This document shows positions 34,097 through 46,921 of a DNA stretch of 64,000 nt, one piece after another; position 1 is the first letter of the stretch; each line of letters starts with the position of its first letter. Location: NCBI GenBank assembly GCA_036867785.1, contig CP145410.1, forward strand, positions 1,364,001-1,428,000. The letters are read 5' to 3'. Below the pieces are notes generated by a model, which ran no database searches, was not told the DNA's origin, and saw only the letters and a program-made list of their open reading frames with translations. Source of the DNA: Plasmodiophora brassicae (Eukaryota). A program made the position numbers and the translations under genes.

Positions 34097-37000
34097 ATGC
34101 CTTCCGTCACCACGCGGTTGGCCGGCCAGCTCTCGCGGCTGGCCAGCACTCGACAGTCACATGCGGTCACTGCATCTCGGCATCGAGATTCCTACCTTTT
34201 CGAAAACGGGTCGAAGCTTGATGATGAGACGGTGTTTGAGCAGGCCCGATCCGCACTGGGCGACTTGGCGCGCGTCGACCCCCGATTCCGTCCATTCCTT
34301 GAAGGCGAACTGTTTCGCTCTGGTGCATGGCAGGTCGACATTGACATGAAGGATGCTTTTGCGGCGTCTGCTACTTCATCCACCATCGGTGATCTGCTCA
34401 ACCTCCTATCGGCGTACTTCCTGTTGCCTTCCGCTCATGAAGTTTTCGAGTACCTGGTGCGGCATTATCACGTTCACCAACGAATGGTGGATGCAGTGCT
34501 TCGTGCAACGCTACCCTATCACGAAACCGGGCAGTTCGCCCGAATCCTTTCCTTGATCAAGCATTTCCCTGACCAGTGGGCGTTCCTTGAAACGGCCAAG
34601 AAGAATGGTGCGGCTGTGTCCCGAGCGACTGTTGTCGCTCGCATTAGGCGACGCCCAGAATTTCTTCGGACTGTCGTCCAGATCGGCATGTCAGGAGCGT
34701 CCCTGTTCCAGACGGGGCCATCCAATCGTGCGGCAATCGCGTTCATGGCCGCTGTCATCATCGACGTCATCGACAAAGGGTCTGTTCGTGAGCAGAACGT
34801 CCGAATATTGCTCCCGTTCCTTCATGACGCAATGTCTCAGCAAGATCCCGATCTGCGTTCGTGCGCCCTGATGGTCGCGGCCGTTGTCGGGCCGGTTGTA
34901 TCTAGTACGGCGCGTTCTGCCCTGTTGAACGACGTCCTCTTTGGGATCGAAGCGGGTGCACTGACCAATGCTATCACACGAAGCCTGCAATGTGCTGCCG
35001 TCCTGGCTGCAGACCCATCTGTTTCCATTTCAGACTCGACTGTGCAACGATTGAAGGCCGTATCGCGCCTGCCCGATGCTGTGGCAGAATTATCGTCGTC
35101 ACATGACATCTCATCATTGAACGCGCTGCTCAGTCCCAAGTCTGCTCCTGTCAACTCAACGCAACAGTCAGGACCAAAGTCGAAACCGGGTCGTCTGCGA
35201 GCGTTCATTCGTGAGGACAACATCTCGACCGCAACACCAGAGACGTATCTCGATCGCCTTCTCCTGCCGAACGTCTCTCGAGGGCTTGTCCTGGCCATCC
35301 TGCAGAGCGCCAACATTTGCGCCGTTGTCGACGCCGACGTTCTCGCTGATACGATCGTTCGCGCGCGGTTAATCCAACGCTTCCATGCCGATGAAACGGT
35401 GTTGGCCGCGATTGCGTCCCTGCAGCAGGTCCCGACGTCTCCCTCGCAGGTTGCCGTTGCCATTGCCGCTGGGCAGGTTGCTACCGATCACGTCATGCTT
35501 TCGGAACTTGTATGCAATGCCAAACTGCTGCTCGACGTTGTCCAGCGCTTCTCTGATCTCGTTCTGCCTTTCGTTTCTGACAACGTCGTACCGTTACTCT
35601 CCGATGGTGTTGTTTACGAATTCGTCCATCTTCTTCGCGACGCGAACGGCCTAGAACGTGTGATCTCCGCTGTCATAAAGACGTCTCCGTCTCGCGACGT
35701 GCAACGTCGCGTCTTCTGCCTATCGTCGCAATCGCCTGCCGTCCTGCTCGCGATCATGGAGCAGCAGTCAGCGACCCCGTTCACGTTTCTTTCGTCGATC
35801 TGGACGTCAAATCAGGCTCCCGTCTCTGCGCGACGTGCCGCTCTTCGTATCGCTGCCGATCTGGTCCGTTCCTGTGCGTCGTCTGTCGACCTGATCGTCC
35901 TCCTGCCGTACCTGCTTCCCGCTCTGCGAATCGACGACGGTCAGGCGCGCCAACTGGCAGCCGACATCGTGGACTTGTTGAGCCCAGCGACTGAGGCCCC
36001 GTTGTATTGCAACGCTGACGAGTTCGGGCCGGCCCTCTCACAGGCCACCGCCGGTACCCTTCGTCAGTTCGCTGGTCGTCTGCACGACGCCCGTAATGAG
36101 ATCGCCGCGGATGGCGAATGGGTTCGTCGTATGCCCGTCTCGAGCGATACAATCCGTGTCCTGATCGGGGAAACCGTCTACCCCGATGAGGACGTGATGT
36201 GCGCCGTTCTGGAATCGTTGCCTGCCGGCGGACCGATTCCAGACGATTGCCTGCCTGCTGCGGTTGCCAAACTGAATTCGGTCACTGCTCCCACCCTTGT
36301 TCGTCTGCTTCGGGAATCGACAACGCCGGCTGGTTCGGCCGCCTTGCTGGATGCTGTTTCGATGCCAGACGTGTTACGCGCCATCAACGAGCGCCATTAC
36401 AATGCCGTTGATGAAACCGTGCGACGTCGCTTCATTGGCGCGCTGCCCGAATTGTTGACCAAGGCGGCCGTCCCTGATGATCTGGCTGTCGTTCGTCGCC
36501 TGCTATCATCGCTACCGATCTCTGGCGAGTGTGCCGTGGGCGTGCTTCGACAGGAGGCGTGCCTTCGACGGAAGGTGGCGCTGCTCGATGCCTGGCGCCA
36601 ACCCAGCAATATCACCCACGACGCCGATGCCGACCTGTGCTCGATCCTGTTCGATCTGGTGTCCGTCGACCCGAACGACACCGAGTACGGTGTCCCCGAA
36701 ACCGCCCTGGCCGTGTTGACCGCTCTGGCCGAATTCGATCGTCTTCGCGTTTCCGACCCAACGACACTGGCGTCGATCATCGCTTGCCTCCAGGCGGATT
36801 CCCGTAATACTCGCAACGAGGCGCTGGCTCTGGTCGCCTCACTGCCGAAGGCCATCGTGAAACCGTGGGTTGTTCCAGCGTTCGCTGCCGTCACCTTATC
36901 GACCACGCTGCACGAGGACGACCCGTACGCGTTCAGCGTCGTGGAGAGCGCCCTACACGTTCTGGTGCCCATTGTCGCTAACGACGGCGACTCCCTGTCC

Positions 37001-39023
37001 ATCATCATGCAAGCGTTCGTCGACGCGTGGGGCAGGATCGCCACAGATTATCGTCTATCGCTCTTCATCGCCCTGGTCCGTTGCGTCGACGAAGGGTCGC
37101 TGCTGGGCCACTGCCTGGCTCGGCTGCTGAACGTGCAGGAGACGTCCGAGTTCGCTCATGCGCTCGCGTTGAAGTTCGACGGCAGGACGCAGATCGCGGC
37201 GCTGGCCGCCCTGATCGCCCCCGACGCGAAGCAACGACCCTCCAAGCGACGTCGCCGACAGGTCGCCCATGTCGAATGCTCGCTCGGGGTCCCGTTTGTC
37301 GCCGGGCACCTCGACAGCGACCTGTTCGTCTCCTGCATCGCATCGGACCCGAACACGTCGTTTGCCGACCTGTACACGGCTGCGTTCGCGTCGCTCAGCG
37401 ATTCGTTCGACGTGCGTGTCATCAATATCGTCGAGCGTGTCAACAAGTTGGTCGTGCTTCCATCGTTCCTGGACACGATGACGTCGTTGGTCGCCGACGC
37501 TGCTGTTCGCACGCGAGCCCTGCAATCGTTGAACGACAACCTGCTGAACCAGCCAAAGAACGTGCAGTACGACGGCGTCTCCGGCGATGTCGTTGCTCGT
37601 CTCGTGCATGTCCTGCTAGGGATCGCGGGCAGGCGCACCGCCCCAGAGGCGGACCGGCAGCTGGCACTCACTGCCGTCGAGGCGCTGCTGTCGGTGTCAG
37701 ACGACCAAGCGGCGTTCGGTGACGTCCTCCCCGTCTGCATGCGAATCGCCAAGGAGGCGTCGCCCGGTTCCGACCTGCTGGCGACCTCGTTGCTGACGGC
37801 GGGCGCCACATGCAACAGCGTCGGCGCTCGTGCGATTGCCCACGTTCCTACGCTGATGCCGTTGCTGATTGGCCACGTCACGGGCGGCGTCGATGGCATC
37901 TGTGAAGCCAGCCTGACGGCGCTCCTGGCCATCGTGTCCGCCATTCCCAAGTTCACGTCCCCGTACCTGGAGTCGCTGTTCCAGGCGATCCTGCCGGTCG
38001 CGTCGACGTTCGCGAACCTCATCGGCGCCATCCTGGAGCGCCTCGTTTCGGACGTCGGTGCACGGCTGCTGGTGCCATCGGTGATGAACGTCATTCAGGC
38101 GCAACGATCCGCTCAACTTATCCGGTTCCTGTCGGACGTTGTCGCGACCATGGACCCCAGCGACATCAAGCAGTTCAACGAGCCCGTCTTCAAGCTGTGC
38201 CTGTGGGCGTTCGCGGACGAGCACCTGGAACGGGACGGCGTCGCGCTCCTGCAGGGCCTCGCTGTGAAGCTGTCCGAGGATCAGTTCACGCCGCTGTTCA
38301 CGTCGCTGGTCGAGTGGTCGGGGCCGTCGGCCGGACCCAGGCATTGCACGCTACTCGCCATTGTCAACGGCCTGCTGGAGCAGCTGCAATCGCTGTTCGT
38401 CCCGTTCGTGAACATGGTTGTCGACGCGTGCGCCGCCGGGATGCTGACCAAGGATACGGCGCTGTGGAGGCGTCTGACGCCGCTGTGCATTGAAACCGTC
38501 CGCCTGGCGTGCGTTCACGATGACGGCGAATTCGTGTCCAAGCCGCGGTTCGACCTGATCATGCCGGCCCTGATCGACCAGATCGACGCTGCCGCCCGCG
38601 AACTGCCTCGTTCGTTGGAGACGAGTTCGGCGCTGACCGAGTTCGTCCAAGCGGGCCTGGCGCCATGCGTGGGCCAATTCGCGAGCACGTTCGCCCATGA
38701 GGTAAACATCGTGCGCGTTGAGCGGGTTCCACCACCTGTGGCTGACTGCCGATCTGCAGATGTACTGGAAGGAGCTGGTCCAGAGAGTGCTGATGAAGAC
38801 CCGTAGTTCGAACGCGCGTATTCGCTGGTCGGCGTTCCAGTGCCTGTACGCCATGATGGGCAGGGTCGGCGAGCCGATCCTGGTCCTCATGCCCGAAATG
38901 GTGCCCTTCATTGCCGAGGCCATGGAAGACGAGGACGCCGAGACCGAGCGTGCTGTCGCGCGCGTCGTCGCCCTGCTCGAGCGCCTGTCTGGTGAAAACC
39001 TGCAGGACTATATGTGTAAATGA
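34097..39023 (+). CDS. UTP10: U3 snoRNP-associated protein UTP10/HEATR1 (HEAT repeats, BP28CT)
   Basis: TRLAGQLSRLA, SYLF, LSAYFLLPSAHEVFEYLVRHYHVH..LPYHETGQFARIL, AVKLSEDQFTPLF, and last exon LMKTRSS..ILVLMPEMVPFIAEAMEDEDAETE. One intron at ~38702-38759. Confidence 0.92.
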
Positions 39024-39156
39024 CGGCCCCGTTTGCTTGCTGCTAGGTTGTCGCACGCCATGTACCTGCTGTGGGTCGTACATGTGTGCAGGTGCAGACT
39101 CCCGACCCGATGCTGTGTATGTATGTTTGTGTGCCCAAGAGGCGCGCCGGATCCCC

Positions 39157-42100
39157 ATGTTCAGCAAACGCGCTCTACCTCACCTGAGGGTTAACATCGT
39201 CCAGGCGGGGGCGTCCGTGTCGGTGCGGGTCACGAGCAGTCCCAACTATAATTACCTTGTCGGGCGGCCGAATGGACCGTACCCTGGGTCGACTTCGAGT
39301 ACGTTGATTGATGGCCCAATGGCGGCATCGTAAGGTCTTGGTGGGGTAACCCAACCCGATCTCGGCGGGGTATGTTAGACGCCTCCGCGTCCTCGTTACG
39401 CTCCCCTGGGTGTACCGCCGGTCGAGGTCCGTTCGCCAGTGCACCCGGTCAACGCACCATCAGCGTCGACCTCGGTCTGGAAGGGCCATCGGAGCGGACC
39501 AGCGCCGTCGTGGTTAATTTGCTGTCTGCACAAGAACTGGAACGCGCATGCCCCACAGCAGCACCGGGAACGTGCCTGCTCTGGGTCAACCCTGGTGCGA
39601 CCCCGACCAACCTCGGCCTTGCCGTCAGACTCGGGTGTACGTTTGCTCACTTCGATCTTGGCATGGTCGTCACTCTGTCGCCGCCGGCACCATCGGAGGC
39701 CATGCCCATGCGCCTAAACAATGACGAACGACGTCGCCTGGCGAACATGGCATCGTCGTTCATCCCGCAGCTGAAGACGTTCGTGAAGAGCGTCGTCTGC
39801 TCGACGTTCTTCTCCGAGGGCGGCAACGACCCCATCGACGACGCCAGCGCCATCCGAGTACGACCAAGTCGAGCCGACGAGCCGGGCATGTTTGTCGTAC
39901 ATCGTCGAGATGGGGGCCCCTCTGATCCCGTCCCCGTCATGATTATCACCTGCGACGCTCTGCAACAGACCGTGTCGGGATATGCCCAAGGTCCCGGCCG
40001 GCCCTCAAGATCGCGAGTACTCTTTGTCCAGCCCCGCCGTCCCGCGCTCACAGGCAACGACGCCTGGGCGGGTCAGCTGCGGGCCTGGGGCGTACGACGA
40101 ACGCCGGCACCGTCCATGAAACCGACGCGTTCGCAGGTCGACCTCGCCGACGACCTCCTCGAGAGGATCAGCCTGCTGCCCGACAGGATCGACCTGCAAT
40201 CGGAATGGTCGGCGCACGTCCCGGAAGCAACGTGGCGCCAACGCGGGTCCATCTACGTCCTGGGCAGGATCCTCGAACGGCAAACGCGGTGCGACCCGAG
40301 GTCGGAATCGATGCACTCGGCGCTGGTCCGGCTGGCCGAGTCGGACCCGACTGCCTGCTCCGATGCCATCGACTTCGTCCTGGCCCGCCTGGCACGCCCG
40401 GCTTGCCCGTGCTCCGTCCCCCTTCGACGCCTGCTGTACCACCTGGTCGCCACGACGACGTCCGGAGCCATGATCGCCTGCACCGGCCAGCGGATGTCCA
40501 GGCTGTGGACCGCGCTTCATCGTGCGGCGCTCAGCGCGTACGAACCCGAGATGGCCGCGTTCAGCAAGCTGGGCGGCAGTGGTCACGACCCGGCCCCGGC
40601 CGGTGCCGTCGGCGAACTGACAGGGGACGAAGGCATGGCCGACGACGACGAACCATGGGCGGCGCCAGGCACAGCGAATGCAGTGTCCTCGCTGGGGGAG
40701 GCGGCTGGTCGCGTCATCATCCTGCGCGACGCCGCCGCTCTCGTTCGCCACCTTCGCGACTTCCGACGGGACGCCATCGCGAACCGAACGCTGGCGCCGA
40801 TATCGTCCCGGGCGCTATGGCGGCGCTGGGGTGCCGGCGGCGAGCCCCAGCGGCCGGTGCGATCGGGCGGCGACGACCCGGGCTCGACCGCCCTTCGCTA
40901 TGTCCTGCAGAGCGCGTACCACCTGCTGCAAGGCCTGGGCAGCGGGCAGGCCTGCCCGCTGTCCAGCGACTTCTTCTGCGACCTGGCCCTGTGCCTGGAC
41001 CGGGACCGGGCGCTCCTGGTCGGCCTGCTGGCGCGCCTGCGTTCGGACACGGCGCCGGCGGCAGTGTCGTCGTCCCGGGTCGCGGACGTCATCGGCGTCG
41101 TCATCCGACGCATCCGCGCCCTTGTTCGCGACGAACGGGACGACAACCAGCTGAACGCGCTGCTGGCCCTGCTGGCCGACGTCGTCGAGGCCCTGCCGGG
41201 CGCCTACCCGGACGCTGCCGAGTGCCTGGCCGGCCTGCCGATCGGCCGGTTCGCTCGTGCGTCAGGCCCCGCCTGGGCGTCCACCGTGCGCGCCTGGGCG
41301 TCCATCGTGCGCCACGATCGCACCGGGCGGGTCGACGACACGATCTGCGTCCACGTCGTGCCTCGTGTCCTGCGGTACGCGTCCCGGGCGGCCGACGACG
41401 GCCTGCTCGTCGTCCTCGACCTCGTCGCCGCCCTGGCCAGCGCCATCCCGCGGTTCACCCACACGCCCGAACGCGTCTCCAGCATCGTTGCTGCGCTCAA
41501 GGACGCCTTCCTGGGGCGATTGCCCCACTGGGTGCGGTCCGTCCCCGACGACGACATGGTCGGCCGGCTGACCGTGACCTTCTCGGCCGTCGCCCGCGCC
41601 GTCCCGATCGGCGAGGACGGCCCCTGGGCGCGGCACAGCGTCGAGGTCCTGTTCGGCGCGCTCCTGGCCGCGTACTGTCGCCGCACGCCCGCCTGGCGTC
41701 GTGCCGCGCTGCTTGCCGGCGCCCTGCGATCCCTGGCGAACAGCGGGTCGGCGCACGCCTGGGACGCGCTCCACGACCTGGCCGTCGCCGACTTCCTGGT
41801 CGGCGAGATCCGCCTGGAGGCGCAACCGCCCGACCCGGTCCTGACCGTTGCCATGCTGGGCGCCCTGCTGAGCAGGCAGGGCGGCGGCGCCGACACACAG
41901 CAGCGTCGTCGTCGGCGCGACTCGCGATCCCACAGCGCCATGATCGGGGACACGTTCTCGATGCCGCCCACGTCGCCCAGCGTGTCGCATCGGGCGGCGG
42001 CGTCGCCACACAAACGATCGCACAGCTTCACGACCAGCGACGACCTGTCGCCGCTGCCGGGGCAGCCGTCGACGTCGTCGTCGTCGCCTCGGGTGACCAC

Positions 42101-45100
42101 GATCGCCCGCCTGCGGTTGAATTCGATCCCGAACGCGGCGTCGGCCGAACCGTCCCTGGGCCAGCCGTCGTCGTCGTCCCGCCCGTCGAGTCGGCACGGC
42201 GCTCCCGTCAGGTCGCCCAGCGAGCACCGCGTCGTCGATGTCGCCACCTTTGTCCTGTCCACGACCGCATCCTTCGACGACGACGACGACGACGATGCCG
42301 TGTGTGGACCTGACAGCATGGACGGGCGACGCAACAGCCTGTCGTCGCTCGTCCTGCAACCCGTTCAGGCGCTTCGGCGCGCGTCCGCCGCCGCCCTGAA
42401 CGCGGTCCAGCGGCGCCTGAGCGCGTCGTCGTCGCTGGTCGGCGACGCGCGCTGCTCGCCGCCGACGTCGCCGAAGCAGCAGTCGGTGACCGACGTGGGC
42501 AACAGCCGGGCGACGCGCGTCGTTGTGATCTCGGAGTCGACGACGGAGGACGCCAGCTCGACGGGCAGCCGGTCGGCGACGTCGGCGACGACGGCGACGA
42601 CGCCCGCGTGCCGATCGTGGCGACGCCTGCGGGCCGTGTACGCCGACCCGGTCCTGCACGTCGCCCTGCTGCGCCTGCTGCTGCGCCTCCTGCTCGACCG
42701 GAACGGCCTGGCGCTGAACCCGGCCGTCGCGACGCGGACGCGGCGGCCGGGGGCGTCGGGCGACATCCCGTACGCGGTCGTCCTGCACCTGAACCACCCG
42801 ACGAACAGGGTCGTCGCCGCCCGCCTGGTCGATGCCGAGGACCAGGGCGACGCGCCCACCCGACGCCTCGCACGCCTGCTCGTGCATCGCGACCCGCCGA
42901 CGATCGTCGCGTCGCAGGGCGCCCGGCGCGCCAAGGGCCGCTTCGGCACGCTCTACGATTGCACCCCGCGCCTAGACGCCGGCGCCGACCAGGCCCTCGT
43001 CGTGAAGCGGGTCGACCTGCCGGGCCCGGACGACGAGTACGACCCGCTGGCCGATGTCCTCGCCGAGGTGTCCTGCCTGGACGCGTTCCGGCACGCGCCC
43101 GGCGTCGTCGACCTGGTCGACTACGGCGTCGGCCCGTCCGGGTACGCCCTCGTCCTGCGCGCCTACCCGTTCAGCCTGCGACAATGGCGCCTGCGACACG
43201 ACGCCGTCATCCGCGCCGACCTCGCCAGGAGCGGGGCCGCCGGGTTCTGGTTCCGCGACCTGCTCGACGTGTTCGCCGCCGTCGTCGACGCCGTCGGCGA
43301 GGTGCACGACGGCGCCTGCGTGCACTTCGACCTGAAGTGCGACAACGTCCTGATCGGGGACGACGGGCGCCCGTTCGACGTCGTCCTGGCCGACTTTGGC
43401 GAGTCCGTCCAGTGGGACGCGACGCTCGGCGAGGCGCCCGGGTCGACGGTGGTCGGGCGCGGCACCGAGAACAACCAGAGCCCCGAGATGCTGCGCCTGA
43501 ACTCGGCGGCGGCCGCCCGGCGCCCCTCGGTGGACCCGGCGACGTCCAAGTCGGACATCTGGTCGCTGGGCTGCCTCCTGTTCGAGCTGCTGACCGGCGC
43601 GTACCTGTTCGAGAACAGGGCCGGCCGCCCCATCTTCTTCCAGGTCTGCGACCCGTCGCAGGCGGTCGTCCCCGGCGACAGGCACGACCTGCTGGTCGCC
43701 CTGTTCGGCGGCGCCCTTGCCGGCCGTCTCGAGCGCCTGCTGACACGGATCCTTGTCCGCGACGAACGCGACCGCCCTGGCATCCATGCGGTCGGGCGCA
43801 TCCTCGACCGGTTCCGTGCCGAGGTTCGTCACGATCCCCCGGGCGTACCGTCACGACCGCGACGCGCGCCCGTCCAGCGGCTGCGATGCCTGCCCGCTGG
43901 GCGTCGTCGGCGAGCGCCGTCCGTGTCGGTGCACGCGAACGACCCGCGCGTACAGCCGTCCCTGGTGCCACCGGCGGCGGCCCCAGGGCGACAAGCGGGC
44001 GCGGTCAGGGCAGCGTCCGGGGACGCCGGCGACGGCCGCCTGGCAACGATCTTCGATTGCGTTCGGGAGGGGCACCCGGATCGGGCGCCGGGTCTGGCGA
44101 CGCCGGCGGTCGTGCGCATCACGCCGAACGTCCTGATCGTGGCCGATGCCGACCTGACGGCTCGGCACCTGCCCGGGCTCGCCCACCTGCGTCACGACCG
44201 CATCGTGCACTGCGGGTCGCGAACGTCAGCGACCCGCCCGGTGGGCGACGGCCCGTTCGTCGTCATTGGCGGCGCTTACGCCGGGCGCTTGCACGCCATG
44301 GCAACGGGGGATCGCAGGCTGACGTCGCTGGTGAGGTGGATCGAGGCGTCGGTGATGCCCGTGTGCAGGGAGGTCATCGTGGGCGACGTCGCCGCCGGGC
44401 AACGTGTCGTCCTGTGCGGCGGCGACTGCGTCTCGCCCGTCGTCGTCGCCGTCGTCTTCCTGGTGTCGACCTATCGCGTCACGCTGATCGAGGCGCTGCA
44501 GATCGTGTCCAGGAAGCGGTGCATGGCCGGGCAGGTGCTCAACCCGTCCATCATGCGGGCGCTGTCGTCGTGGAGCGCCGCCTACCGACCCGGACGATGC
44601 GTCCGGCCACCGCCTGGCGCGATCGCCTACGCCTGCGTCTGCTCGTCGGTCGTCGTCGTCCTGGACGCCGCGTTTGTGATACCGTCGCCTCCTTGCGACT
44701 GCCAGGTGGTGGCCGCCTGCCGTGATTGCCAAGCGCTGGACCCTAACGGATCGTGTGTGTATGTGTGTCCAGGAGGCCGATGATATCGATTGCCCTGGCG
44801 TGTCGTGCCGGGCCGCCCGGCAACGTACGGGCAACGTGTACGGCAGCGATTTCGGCTTCGTGCGATGGGCGCGGGTGGCTGGGCGCGCCCTCGACCTGCA
44901 ACGCTGCCGCGTCGGTTGCCTGGTCCCGTACGTCCCTGTTGATCGACCGGCGCCCCTGTACTGCTGACTGTGTCCTTCGTCGTTGCTCGTGCAGGTCCGG
45001 GCGGAGTCGGCCGAGTGGAACGCGCCGCCAGCACTGGGCGAACTTCGCCTGTGGAGCGTGCCGATACGTCGTCGTCGCGGTGGCCGGGTCCGGTCCTGGG

Positions 45101-45259
45101 AGGCCCCATCTGGCCACGTTACAGCACGAGAGCATCGCTGTCGTCAGCAACATCCCGGCCCATGCTGACCTGCGCCCATCGACCAAGTTCCTGGCGTTCG
45201 ACGATCCAGACGATGCCGCCTCCGACCGGGACAGGCACCGTCGTACCACGCCGCGGTGA
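39157..45259 (+). CDS. Large Ser/Thr protein kinase with an N-terminal helical region, a DSP-like (pseudo)phosphatase domain and a C-terminal Cys-rich putative Zn module
   Basis: Kinase motifs KGRFGTLY, VVKRV, HFDLKCDNVL, LADFGES, GTENNQSPE and KSDIWSLGCLLFELLTG (~42930-43800). DSP-like RITPNVLI..RVVLC..VVFLVSTYRVTLIEALQIVSRKR. First and last exons inferred from GT-AG sites. Confidence 0.8.
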
Positions 45260-45365
45260 CCGACCATGTAATTGCATAAACGCGGAGGGACCCTACCTAG
45301 ACGCTGACAAGGCGTGCACGACGACGACCCTCGTTCAGGGGCGGGCACAGGAGCGCCCTCTAGGT

Positions 45366-46790
45366 TTATGGAAGGGCACTGGTTCGGGAGCCCGTTCCCC
45401 TGTCGGGCGGCGGCGGCGGCGGCACCAGTCGCATCTTGTGGTCGGGGTTCGTCGTGCAATGTATGGTGGCCATCAGGCGCCACGCCAGGCGTTCGATACA
45501 GTCGACGGCCTCGTCGATGTTGCCCGGCGTCACGGTCAGCGATGTCGGGCGGCCGGCGGCCACGCCGGACACTTCCGCGCCGAACATGTCGACAATGGCC
45601 TGCAACTTCTCGATCGCCTGCGCCATTGTTCGCTCCACGTCCTGCGCGCTGTGCTCCAGGTCGGCCGTCTCCTGTTCGACACGCGCGACCCGCGCCTCCA
45701 ACGACGTCAGCGTCTGGGCCAGCCTGCCCGGGGGCTCCCGTTCGACATGGTCTCGCACGGGGACGTGCCCCTCGTCCATCGTCCCGTACGTGCCCATGTG
45801 GGACAGGTCGGCCCAGTCCTGCACGGCGCGGTGCTCGTGCTGGACGAAACGCTCGATGACCGCATTGATGTCGTCGAGGCCGACGCCGTCGACGATCTTC
45901 CTGATGGCGCCCTTGATCGAGCGAACCTGCCGTTCGCAGGCGATCCGGCAGGCGGCATCGCAGGCTATTGCCCAGCGGGCTCGTCTGTCAATCCCGGCCA
46001 GCACGGCGACGTTCCGATCGAACTCGTCGTCGGGTTGCCGGCCGGCCGCGATCCCGTCGTCTAGGTGCTGGCCCATGGCGGCGCTCGACAATTGCACCAG
46101 GTTGGTGATGGACCACCACTGGCGCTCGAACGCCAGCACCTGACGGTCGCTATCGGCGCGCATCCGCCGGTACAGGTCGTGCTGTCGCTCACGAGCGTCG
46201 CACCGTTCCTGACAGACGCGAACGGCGTTGGCCAGGTCGAGGCGTCGTTTCTGGAGCGATCGTTCCAGATCGGCAACGATGCAGTGGTCCGCTTCCGACC
46301 CGACGCGGTCGTGGTCGAGCTGGGCCCGAAGCTCCCGGTTGCGAATATCGATGGCGGCGAACAGCAGATGCTGGCGCTCGAGGCGCTGCTCAACGTGCCG
46401 AACCTGCATGTGGAACTGGCGGTCCAGCTCGGCGTAATCCTCGACCGGGACGACTAACGCCGTCCTGGCAGCGTCGATCTGCGCCTGCAGAGCCGCCGAC
46501 AGACGTCTCGCCTGGTCCACCTGCCTTCTCGTCCGGACGAGCGTCCGCCGTTTAACATCGGGGGCGTGCCCTGCGACGTCTCCATCATCGTCGCCAGGTG
46601 GGCGCGCGATGCAATCTGCCAGTGACTGTAGCCCTTGGCAATCGGCCAGAGCAGCCTTCTGGAACGAGGACAGCTGCTGGGCCAGGGACGTCACCGACGC
46701 CGAGAGCGGCCACAGCGGCACCGACCGATGCTCGAGCTGGCGAACACGCTGCTGTAGGCCGACGATACACCCATCGTCGTCAACCCCCAT
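45366..46790 (-). CDS. Outer dynein arm docking-complex coiled-coil protein, ODAD1/CCDC114/CCDC63 (DC2) family, divergent
   Basis: QVRHVEQRLE, NRELRAQLDHDR..LERSL, ADSDRQVLAFERQW, IRKIVDGVGLDDINAVIERFVQHE and VTPGNIDEAVDCIERLA follow the DC2 blocks in order. Confidence 0.75.
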   Translation of the reverse strand: MGVDDDGCIVGLQQRVRQLEHRSVPLWPLSASVTSLAQQLSSFQKAALADCQGLQSLADCIARPPGDDDGDVAGHAPDVKRRTLVRTRRQVDQARRLSAALQAQIDAARTALVVPVEDYAELDRQFHMQVRHVEQRLERQHLLFAAIDIRNRELRAQLDHDRVGSEADHCIVADLERSLQKRRLDLANAVRVCQERCDARERQHDLYRRMRADSDRQVLAFERQWWSITNLVQLSSAAMGQHLDDGIAAGRQPDDEFDRNVAVLAGIDRRARWAIACDAACRIACERQVRSIKGAIRKIVDGVGLDDINAVIERFVQHEHRAVQDWADLSHMGTYGTMDEGHVPVRDHVEREPPGRLAQTLTSLEARVARVEQETADLEHSAQDVERTMAQAIEKLQAIVDMFGAEVSGVAAGRPTSLTVTPGNIDEAVDCIERLAWRLMATIHCTTNPDHKMRLVPPPPPPDRGTGSRTSALP

Positions 46791-46921
46791 GTACAAGATT
46801 CGTCCTTGCCCGGCCGGACCCACGTTCGTACTCGCCCTTGGCCGGACTGGGAAAATCTGCCAAGGTAGTTACTGTTCCCAACGTGCTGTGCTGTCGTCAT
46901 TCAGTGATAGCGGGACTGGTT

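Noticed and set aside
40205-44725. 700-aa R/P-rich ORFs overlapping the kinase gene
   Set aside because: Frame-shifted shadows caused by high GC.
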